In this document: positions 1-6,712 of the stretch, in pieces
Position numbering within the stretch: the stretch's first letter is position 1
Layout: each line of letters starts with the position of its first letter
Source of the DNA: Opitutales bacterium
Lineage (GTDB): Bacteria > Verrucomicrobiota > Verrucomicrobiia > Opitutales > UBA953
Direction: 5' to 3'
DNA length: 37,860 nt
Assembly: GCA_032120295.1 (NCBI GenBank)
Contig: JAUMEU010000194.1
Span: 1 to 37,860, forward strand
Program-made: the position numbers and the translations under genes
Notes under the pieces: model-generated
The model's database searches: none
What the model was told of the DNA's origin: nothing
What the model saw: only the letters and a program-made list of their open reading frames with translations

Positions 1-832
1 TCGTGTCGCCCGCGGCCGGCGGCTCGTCGGGTGTGGCCAAGGCGCCGCGGACCTCGCCCACGGCGGTCTCCGCCACGAACTCGCCCGCGCCGACGTGCGT
101 CACCTTGCCCGGCACGAGGTTGGTCGCACCGAGGAAAGTCGCGATCCAGCTGTCCGCCGGGCGACGGTAAAGATCGATGGGGCGGCCGGCCTGCACGATC
201 CGGCCGGCACGCATGACCGCCAGGCGATCGGCCATGGCGTACGCGTCCTTCTGGTCATGAAGCACGCAGAGGACCGTGACGCCTGTCGCGCGGACCAGAC
301 CGCGGATGGCCTCACGGACCTCGAGGCGCGAAGCCGCGTCGAGATTACTCAGGGGCTCGTCGAGCAGCAGGAGGGACGGCCGAAGGGCGAGCGCCCGGGC
401 CAGGGCCACGCGTTGCTGCTGGCCACCGGAGAGTTCCTGCGGACGGCGGTCGGCCCAGGCGTGGGCGCCGACCAAGCGGAGCGCTTCGAGGGCGCGGGCC
501 TTGATCTCCGAAGCGGGCAGCTTGTCCGCATCGAGGGAGAAAGCGGCGTTCTCCAGCACGGTGAGATGCGGGAAGAGCGCGTAGTTCTGGGGCACGAAGC
601 CGAAGCCCCGGTCCGCGGCCGGCGTGAAAGTGATGTCGCGGTTATCGAGCAGCATCGTGCCGCCCTGCGATTCCTGCTGACCCGCGAGCAGCTTAAGGAG
701 CGTGGTCTTGCCGCTGCCCGACGGCCCAAGCAGGCAGCAGAGCGTCCCCGTCTCCACGACGAGATCCACCCCGTCGAGGACGACGGCGGATCCGAACTGG
801 CGGCGGAGGCCGGTAAGGCGGAGGGTGGGCAC
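1..832 (-). CDS. ABC transporter ATP-binding protein (C-terminus lies beyond the left edge of the window)
   Basis: Absent from the ORF track because the ORF runs off the left edge. Reverse-strand translation in frame with GTG at 832-830 (in-frame TAG at 844-842 just upstream) gives Walker A GPSGSGKTT (about nt 700-730), the ABC signature LSGGQQQRVALARAL (about nt 390-433) and Walker B LLLLDEP. The listed 95..949 + ORF is its antisense shadow. Confidence 0.85.
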   Translation of the reverse strand, partial: MPTLRLTGLRRQFGSAVVLDGVDLVVETGTLCCLLGPSGSGKTTLLKLLAGQQESQGGTMLLDNRDITFTPAADRGFGFVPQNYALFPHLTVLENAAFSLDADKLPASEIKARALEALRLVGAHAWADRRPQELSGGQQQRVALARALALRPSLLLLDEPLSNLDAASRLEVREAIRGLVRATGVTVLCVLHDQKDAYAMADRLAVMRAGRIVQAGRPIDLYRRPADSWIATFLGATNLVPGKVTHVGAGEFVAETAVGEVRGALATPDEPPAAGDT

Positions 833-957
833 GGGCCGAACCTAGGCCGAAGCCCCGCCGGGGCGCAAGGTCGCCCGCCGACTGTGAATGCTTTCCGCCG
901 GGACTTCGGCTTCCCACGCTTGCCACGGGACCGGTTTCGGGCAAGTTAACGGCTCCC

Positions 958-1566
958 ATGCGTAACGACGACGAAGACGAGGACGAGAAGACCCCGGCCG
1001 CCCCCAAGGACGGCGGACCGAGCGCGATGCTCATCCAGAAGAAGTTCCTCGAACAGCGGAAGATCTTCCTTTGGGGCGCCGTCGAAGATGCGTCGGCCCG
1101 CGACATCGTCGAGAAGCTCCTGTATCTGGACGGCATCGACCCCGGCAAGGAGATCACCTTCTACATCAACACCCCGGGAGGCTCCATCACCTCCGGCATG
1201 GCCGTCTATGACACCATCCGGATGATCTCCTCCCCGGTGAAAGTCGTCGTCACCGGCATGGCCGCCTCGATGGGCTCGATCCTCCTCCAGGCCCCCAAGG
1301 AGAAAGGCAACCGCCTCCTCTTCCCCCACTCCCGCGTGATGATCCACCAGCCCCTCATCATGGGCCGCATCCAGGCCACGGCCGTGGACATCCACATCCA
1401 GGCCCAGGAGATGGAACGCCTGCGTTCCGAGCTCAACGAGATCCTCGCCAAGGCTTCGAAGCAGAAGATCGAGAAAGTCACCAAGGACACCGACCGCGAC
1501 TTCTACATGACCGCCGAGGAGGCCATCGAGTATGGCCTCGCCGACGCGATCGTGAAGAAGCTCTGA
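958..1566 (+). CDS. clpP: ATP-dependent Clp protease proteolytic subunit, atypical N-terminus
   Basis: 202 aa. Shows the ClpP core YINTPGGSITSGMAVYDT, catalytic Ser in GMAASMGS, His in MIHQP and Asp in TDRDFYM. The N-terminus is an acidic low-complexity stretch (NDDEDEDEK) instead of the usual axial-loop motif. Confidence 0.9.
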   Translation: MRNDDEDEDEKTPAAPKDGGPSAMLIQKKFLEQRKIFLWGAVEDASARDIVEKLLYLDGIDPGKEITFYINTPGGSITSGMAVYDTIRMISSPVKVVVTGMAASMGSILLQAPKEKGNRLLFPHSRVMIHQPLIMGRIQATAVDIHIQAQEMERLRSELNEILAKASKQKIEKVTKDTDRDFYMTAEEAIEYGLADAIVKKL

Positions 1567-1582
1567 GCCGGACCGCACGCGC

Positions 1583-2515
1583 ATGGGCATCGGCGACCGG
1601 GCCTACATGCGCGACCAGCGCCTCGCGCGGGAGCCGATCTCGGTCACCGCGTGGGTCGTCGGCGTGCTCGTCGCTTTCTTCATCCTCAACCTGATCCAGG
1701 AATCCGCGGGCGCGGACCTGCTCAGTTGGGCGATGCTGCGCGAGAGTTCGCCGATGGCCTGGCAGTGGCTCACCCATGCCCTGCTCCACGATGGCTTCTG
1801 GCACCTGCTCGGCAACGGCCTCATCCTCTGGTGGACGGGCGCCATCGTCGAACGTGAGCACGGCCCGCAGGCGCTCCTTGCGGTCCTCGCCGCCGGCACC
1901 GTCTTCGGCGCCTTCGCCTGGGCGCTCACCGGCCTGGGCGGTGACCGCTCGGCCGACAACTTCCTCGTCGGCATCTCGGCGGGCGTCTACGCGCTGATGA
2001 TCGTGGCGCTCCTCGACAAGCTCGACCACCAGATCACGTTGCTGCTGTTCTTCTTCCTCCCGGTGACGCTCAAGGTCCGGTGGCTGCTCATCGCGATCAC
2101 TTTGTTCACGGTCCTAGGCTGGGCCTTCGCCGAACTGCCGGGTCGACACACCTGGCCGCAGTGGCACGCCGCGTGGAACGACTCGATCGCCCATTCGGCC
2201 CATCTCGGCGGACTCGTGCTCGGCTGGCTGGCCTACCGTCGACTCAATCAGACAAATCTGCGCGTCCAGGACGCTCCGAGGCAGGTGAGTTCCTCTGACG
2301 CAGACGACGCCCGTACCATCGCCCGCGATGCCTATGCGGCGGAAGAGAATTCGGGCGGGGGGGATAATGAGGTGAAAACCCCAGCAACCCTGACCAAGGG
2401 CCAAGCCCGTGCGGAATTAGACACGCTCTTGGACAAGATTTCGGCCGGGGGATTCGGCTCGCTCACTGTCGGCGAGAAACGTAGGCTTGAAGAACTCAGC
2501 GCCCGCCTACGCTGA
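1583..2515 (+). CDS. rhomboid family intramembrane serine protease with a C-terminal soluble tail
   Basis: 310 aa with multiple TM segments. Has a GxSxG-type catalytic Ser in GISAGVYAL, catalytic His in HSAHLGGLVLG and the HxxxN-like motif HLLGNG. It lies 16 nt after clpP. Confidence 0.85.
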   Translation: MGIGDRAYMRDQRLAREPISVTAWVVGVLVAFFILNLIQESAGADLLSWAMLRESSPMAWQWLTHALLHDGFWHLLGNGLILWWTGAIVEREHGPQALLAVLAAGTVFGAFAWALTGLGGDRSADNFLVGISAGVYALMIVALLDKLDHQITLLLFFFLPVTLKVRWLLIAITLFTVLGWAFAELPGRHTWPQWHAAWNDSIAHSAHLGGLVLGWLAYRRLNQTNLRVQDAPRQVSSSDADDARTIARDAYAAEENSGGGDNEVKTPATLTKGQARAELDTLLDKISAGGFGSLTVGEKRRLEELSARLR

Positions 2516-2532
2516 GACCCCTCCCCACTTTT

Positions 2533-4725
2533 ATGCGACTCCGCTTTTCCCTCCTGCCGGTCCTCCTGGCGGCGCTGGTCTCCGCCCAGACCGGCGGCTT
2601 CACCACCACGCCGTCGATGCTGCTCGAGACGCGCGCCACGGCCGCCCTCCTCGAGAAGCTCCACATCAGCAAGAAGGACATGGGCTCCATCGATATGAAC
2701 TCGGTGGTACGCACCTACTGCGAGAATCTTGACGGCGCGAAGATGTACTTCACGGCCAAAGAGGTCGACGAGTTCGTCACGCGCTATGGCAAGACCCTCG
2801 ATCTCTACCTCCAGCGCGGCAACCTGACCCCGGCCTTCGAAATCTACGCCCTGTTCAAGCAGCGGGTCACGGAACGCACGGCGCAGAACCTCGCGCTGCT
2901 CGACCAGCCGATCGACCTCACACAGCCGGGCACCTTCCCGCTCGACCGTAAGAAGGCCGAGTGGCCCGCCACCCCAGAAGATGCCGACGCCCTCTGGGGC
3001 CGCCGGCTCCGCCTCGACATGCTTTCCGAACTACTCGGCGAAGACCGCTCGGGCAAGGCCTCGAAGGAAACCGCCCTGCCGGAAATCACCCCGGCCAAGA
3101 CGCAGGAAGCCGTCGGCCGCCTCAAAAAGCGCTACGAGAAGGGCCGCACCTACCTCGACTTCGATCAGCACGAGGTCGAAGAGGTCTTCCTCAACTCCTA
3201 CTCCAGCCAGTACGACCCGCACTCGACGTTCTTCTCCCAGCAGTCGCTGGAGGAGTTCGAAATCGCGATGCGCAACTCGCTCGTGGGCATCGGCGCCACG
3301 CTTTCCGACGAAGACGGCACCTGCGTCGTCAAGGATCTGCTCCCCGGCGGCCCGCTCGACCTCTCCCGCCAGGTGAAATCCGGCGATAAGATCATCGCGG
3401 TCGGCCAAGACGAAGACGGCGAGATGGAAGACATCGTCGGGATGCGTCTCTCCAAGGCCATCAGCCGGATCCGTGGCAAGCAAGGCACGACGGTCCGTCT
3501 GCTCGTCGACATGGCCGCCGGCGGCCGCAAGACCGTCACGCTCAAGCGCGACCAGATCAAGCTCGTCGGCCAGATGGCCTCGGCCAAGGCCATCGAAGTC
3601 CCCTCCGGCAATGGCACCGCCCTGCTCGGCGTCATCGAACTGCCTTCCTTCTACGGCAAGAACCAGGACGGCACCGGCTCCAGCCCCTCCGCCGACATCG
3701 AGCAGCTGCTCATCAAGCTGAAGACGATGGGCATCAAGGCCGTCATCATGGATCTTCGCAAGAACGGCGGCGGCCTGCTCAACGAGGCCGTCGACATCTC
3801 AGGCCTCTTCATCCCGAAGGGGTCGGTCCTCCAGGTGCGCGATAGCCAGGGCCGCTCCGAAGACTACCGCGATGAGGACGAGAAGGTCGTCTGGGACGGC
3901 CCGCTGGTGGTGCTGACCTCCAAGCTCTCCGCCTCGGCCTCCGAGATCTTCGCCGGGGCGATGCGCGACCACCGCCGCGCCATCGTGGTCGGCGACACGA
4001 CCACCCACGGCAAAGGCTCGGTCCAGAACATCATCGAGCTGAGCCGCTTCGACCGCAGCCTCAAGTCGGCCGTCAAGGTGACCATTCAGAAGTGGTATGC
4101 GCCCAGCGGCTCCTCCATCCAACTCAAAGGCGTGCCGGCGGATATCGTGGTGCCCTCCGTCTACTCGGTGCTGCCCGTCGGCGAAGGCGACCTCGAACGC
4201 GCCCTGCCCTGGGATTCGGTGACGCCCACGCTGACCAAACCCGACGAGGGCGACTGGCTGAAGGCGAAGATCTCCGAAGGCCTCATCGCCACGCTCGCCG
4301 CCAACTCCGCCCGCCGTCAATCCGAACTCCCGGAATTCCTCACGCTCTCCCGCACGATCGACTGGACCAAGAACCGGCAGGTCCGCAAGGAGGTCTCGCT
4401 CTCCCTCGACCAGCGCCGCACCGAACGGAAGGACGACCTGGAATTCCGCGAACAGGTCCGCCGCGAGCTGACCGACTACGCCAAGCAGTCCTTCAAGGTG
4501 AGCGAGGTGAAACTCGATGCGGCCATCGAACAGGACAAGAAGGATGGACCCGGCGCCGCCGCCAAGTCCAAGCGCAGCGCCCGCATGCGCGACCCCCTCG
4601 AAGACGACGACTGGCCGGAATACGACATCCAGCTCCAGGAAGCCCTCCGCATCGCCGCCGACTGGACTGCGCTCACCGCCGGCTCCGTCGCCGTCACGAC
4701 GCCGGAGGAAGATAAGAAGAAATAA
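2533..4725 (+). CDS. prc: S41 family carboxy-terminal processing (tail-specific) protease with PDZ domain
   Basis: 730 aa with signal peptide MRLRFSLLPVLLAALVSAQ. Has a PDZ-like segment (VKDLLPGGPLDLSRQVKSGDKIIAV), nucleophile Ser in SASASEIFAGA and catalytic Lys in THGKGSVQ. It lies 17 nt after the rhomboid gene. Confidence 0.88.
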   Translation: MRLRFSLLPVLLAALVSAQTGGFTTTPSMLLETRATAALLEKLHISKKDMGSIDMNSVVRTYCENLDGAKMYFTAKEVDEFVTRYGKTLDLYLQRGNLTPAFEIYALFKQRVTERTAQNLALLDQPIDLTQPGTFPLDRKKAEWPATPEDADALWGRRLRLDMLSELLGEDRSGKASKETALPEITPAKTQEAVGRLKKRYEKGRTYLDFDQHEVEEVFLNSYSSQYDPHSTFFSQQSLEEFEIAMRNSLVGIGATLSDEDGTCVVKDLLPGGPLDLSRQVKSGDKIIAVGQDEDGEMEDIVGMRLSKAISRIRGKQGTTVRLLVDMAAGGRKTVTLKRDQIKLVGQMASAKAIEVPSGNGTALLGVIELPSFYGKNQDGTGSSPSADIEQLLIKLKTMGIKAVIMDLRKNGGGLLNEAVDISGLFIPKGSVLQVRDSQGRSEDYRDEDEKVVWDGPLVVLTSKLSASASEIFAGAMRDHRRAIVVGDTTTHGKGSVQNIIELSRFDRSLKSAVKVTIQKWYAPSGSSIQLKGVPADIVVPSVYSVLPVGEGDLERALPWDSVTPTLTKPDEGDWLKAKISEGLIATLAANSARRQSELPEFLTLSRTIDWTKNRQVRKEVSLSLDQRRTERKDDLEFREQVRRELTDYAKQSFKVSEVKLDAAIEQDKKDGPGAAAKSKRSARMRDPLEDDDWPEYDIQLQEALRIAADWTALTAGSVAVTTPEEDKKK

Positions 4726-4750
4726 CCCTTCGCTTCACCGGCCCGATCAG

Positions 4751-4774
4751 ACCGCCCACCCGGGCGGTTTTTTT
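4751..4774 (+). terminator. rho-independent terminator (module T, copy 1)
   Basis: ACCGCCC-ACCC-GGGCGGT stem-loop followed by 7 T, 26 nt after the prc stop. Confidence 0.85.
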
Positions 4775-4804
4775 GTTTTGGTTACGTTCGCCGCAGCGCG
4801 GCCT

Positions 4805-4867
4805 GGTAGGGCTGACCACCCTTGGTCAGCCGTTCGCCGCGGTTGAGCGAGGGCGCTCAACCCTACC
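4805..4867 (+). repeat. REP-like double hairpin (H1+H2) closed by GGTAGGG...CCCTACC, copy 1
   Basis: GGTAGGG-GCTGACC/ACCCTT/GGTCAGC-spacer-GGTTGAGCG/AGGG/CGCTCAACC-CTACC. The same architecture recurs at 8203, 19573, 31053 (inverted) and 34465. Confidence 0.85.
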
Positions 4868-4877
4868 CAATGCCTGA

Positions 4878-4914
4878 CTCAAAGGGAGACCGGAAACCGG
4901 ATGATTGGCTGCGG
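4878..4914. mobile_element. solo arm of MITE-like element (M1)
   Basis: CTCAAAGGGAGACCGGAAACCGGATGATTGGCTGCGG matches the arms of the elements at 19417, 26138, 28702 and 31126. No partner arm was found nearby. Confidence 0.6.
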
Positions 4915-4951
4915 AATTTATTCCGTCATCGATGCAGTCCCCCTGTCTTGA

Positions 4952-4976
4952 GGTAGGGTCGGCACTGCGTGCCGAC
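4952..4976. repeat. REP-like hairpin, H3 type
   Basis: GGTAGG-GTCGGCAC/TGCG/GTGCCGAC, preceded by the shared flank CTGTCTTGAGGTAGGG. Confidence 0.75.
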
Positions 4977-5037
4977 TTTGGCTTCTCTGATCAACGGGGC
5001 CTCTGGGCCTCCGGGCCTCTCCTGGATCGGCTGCCTC

Positions 5038-5125
5038 CCTTGCCAACGTGTCAACCGGCCAACTCGTCAACTAACGACGCATCCCCCTGGCCAACTGTTC
5101 AACCGGTCAACTAACTCCGCCTCTC
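5038..5125 (-). repeat. TTGAC-word array including a partial copy of the 3'-element core (K1)
   Basis: The reverse complement reads GGCGGAGTTAGTTGACCGGTTGAACAGTTGGCCAGGGGGATGCGTCGTTAGTTGACGAGTTGGCCGGTTGACACGTTGGCAAGG. It shares AGGGGATGCGT and GTTGACACGT-GGCAAGG with the elements at 8102 and 19355. Confidence 0.6.
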
Positions 5126-5131
5126 ACCCCC

Positions 5132-5158
5132 ATACTCGATACTCCATACTCTATACTC
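5132..5158 (+). repeat. tandem heptad array (ATACTCN)x4, copy 1
   Basis: ATACTCg ATACTCc ATACTCt ATACTC, about 60 nt upstream of the galM ATG. A near-identical array lies at 19766-19792. Confidence 0.85.
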
Positions 5159-5217
5159 TCAATCAGTCCTCCCTACTTTGATTTGCCGACCCGTCTCCTG
5201 CCCCACAACTTCTCCCC

Positions 5218-6363
5218 ATGCTTTCCCCTGAAGCGCTGACCTACGGCACCCTATTGATCGCCGCATTCCTGGCCCTCCGCCGCCATCGCCGCGCGGGCCT
5301 CGCCCTGCGCCGCCAATACGGCGTCGTCGATGGTCGCCCGGTCCAGCTACACACGCTCACGAACGCCCGGGGCATGGAAGTCTCCGTCTGCGAATTCGGC
5401 GCGACCCTGACCTCGATCCGCGTGCCCGACATTCATGGTCGCCTCGGCGAAGTGACCCTCGGCCTGCGCTCGCTCGCCGACTACGTCGCCGGCAATCCGT
5501 TCCTCGGCAGCACCGTCGGCCGCTACGCCAACCGCCTCGCCGACGGCAAGCTCACCCTCGACGGACAGACCATCGCCCTCGCCCAGAACAACAACGGTAA
5601 CCACCTCCACGGCGGACTGCGCGGCCTCGACAAGCGCCTCTGGTCTTCCGAAGCCCTCCGCACGGAGTCCGCTTCGTCCGTCCGCTTCACCTACGCGAGC
5701 CCCGCCGGCGAAGAGGGCTACCCTGGCACGCTCAGCGTGGCGGTCACCTACACCCTGGCCGACCAGAGCGACGAGCTGACGATCGATTTCGCGGCGACCA
5801 CCGACGCCCCCACGGCGTGCAATCTGACGAACCATGTGTTCTTCAACCTGGCCGGCCAAGGCAGCGTCCTCGACCACCAGGTCACGCTGCGCGCCGAGCA
5901 GCTCGTGCCGGTCAGCCCTGCGTTGATCCCGACGGGTGAACTCATGGACGTGAGCGGTACGCCGTTCGACTTCCGCCGCCCGCACACCATCGGCGAGCGC
6001 ATCGGCGCCCCGCATGATCAGCTGCGCCGCGCCCGCGGTTACGACCACTGCTACGTCCTCGGCCCGGACAAGTCGCTCAAGTCGGCCGCCTTCGTGCGCG
6101 AGCCTACCAGCGGCCGCACTCTCGAAGTCCTCACCGACGCCCCTGGCCTGCAGTTCTACACCGGCAATTTCCTCACCGGCACCGTCCAAGGCCGCTGGGC
6201 GAAGCCCTTCGCCTTCCGCCAGGGCTTCTGCCTCGAACCCGGACTCTTCCCCGACTCGCCGAACCAGCCGGACTTCCATCGCATCGGCTACCCGAGCGGC
6301 ATCCTGCGCCCCGGCGAAGCCTACGCGCAGAAGCTCGTCTTCCGCTTCGGCGTCTCCCGATAA
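5218..6363 (+). CDS. galM: aldose 1-epimerase (galactose mutarotase) with an N-terminal hydrophobic anchor or signal
   Basis: 381 aa. Typical mutarotase blocks: FGATLTSIRVPD, LGSTVGRYANRLADGKLTLDG, NNNGNHLHGG, NLTNHVFFNL, GYDHCYVL and GFCLEP. Confidence 0.88.
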   Translation: MLSPEALTYGTLLIAAFLALRRHRRAGLALRRQYGVVDGRPVQLHTLTNARGMEVSVCEFGATLTSIRVPDIHGRLGEVTLGLRSLADYVAGNPFLGSTVGRYANRLADGKLTLDGQTIALAQNNNGNHLHGGLRGLDKRLWSSEALRTESASSVRFTYASPAGEEGYPGTLSVAVTYTLADQSDELTIDFAATTDAPTACNLTNHVFFNLAGQGSVLDHQVTLRAEQLVPVSPALIPTGELMDVSGTPFDFRRPHTIGERIGAPHDQLRRARGYDHCYVLGPDKSLKSAAFVREPTSGRTLEVLTDAPGLQFYTGNFLTGTVQGRWAKPFAFRQGFCLEPGLFPDSPNQPDFHRIGYPSGILRPGEAYAQKLVFRFGVSR

Positions 6364-6369
6364 TTTTCA

Positions 6370-6395
6370 GGTAGGGACAGCACCTCGTGCTGTCC
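6370..6395. repeat. REP-like hairpin, H3 type
   Basis: GGTAGG-GACAGCAC/CTC/GTGCTGTCC, starting 7 nt after the galM stop. Confidence 0.75.
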
Positions 6396-6400
6396 TCTGA

Positions 6401-6425
6401 AGCCGCCCACCCGGGCGGCTTTTTT
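6401..6425 (+). terminator. rho-independent terminator (module T, copy 2)
   Basis: AGCCGCCC-ACCC-GGGCGGCT followed by TTTTTT. The stem is near-identical to the one at 4751. Confidence 0.85.
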
Positions 6426-6512
6426 GTTGGGCAAGTTTGCCGCAGTTGATCGTGAGGGAGGGCGCGGCGTAGCCACGCCCCTACCTTCGGCCACCATGCG
6501 GCGGCCGACACC

Positions 6513-6540
6513 CTAGGGCAGCACGCGGTGCTGCCCCTAC
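6513..6540. repeat. REP-like hairpin, H3 type
   Basis: CTAGG-GCAGCAC/GCG/GTGCTGC-CCCTAC. Confidence 0.75.
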
Positions 6541-6598
6541 CCCCTAAAGCTATGTCGTGACGCGGTCCCGACCCTACCCACGACCCCGGACGGGCCAA

Positions 6599-6712
6599 TT
6601 ATGCCTGAATTTGAACACATTACCCATTTCATAATAATAATATGGCGTTAAGGGTGATCTATCTGACCAATGAAGTATATATATAGACCATATAGACTAA
6701 TTTAAATATCTC
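6599..6712 (+). promoter_or_regulatory. strongly AT-rich upstream region of the autotransporter gene (candidate promoter; contains (TA)5 and TATAGAC x2)
   Basis: The sequence ttatgcctgaatttgaacacattacccatttcataataataatatgg...gtatatatatagaccatatagactaatttaaatatctcATG contrasts sharply with the surrounding GC-rich DNA. No transcription start can be assigned from sequence alone. Confidence 0.4.

Noticed and set aside
95-949. 284-aa plus-strand ORF at the left edge.
   Set aside because: The opposite strand encodes an ABC ATPase with Walker A, signature and Walker B motifs in one frame. The plus-strand product has no recognisable features.
4905-5181. Small ORFs (69-70 aa) in the prc-galM intergenic region, and similar ones at 19604..19801, 28729..29086 and 31094..31306.
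   Set aside because: They are composed entirely of the dispersed repeat modules (REP hairpins, MITE arms, word arrays). The same modules occur in both orientations and frames elsewhere, so coding is unlikely.
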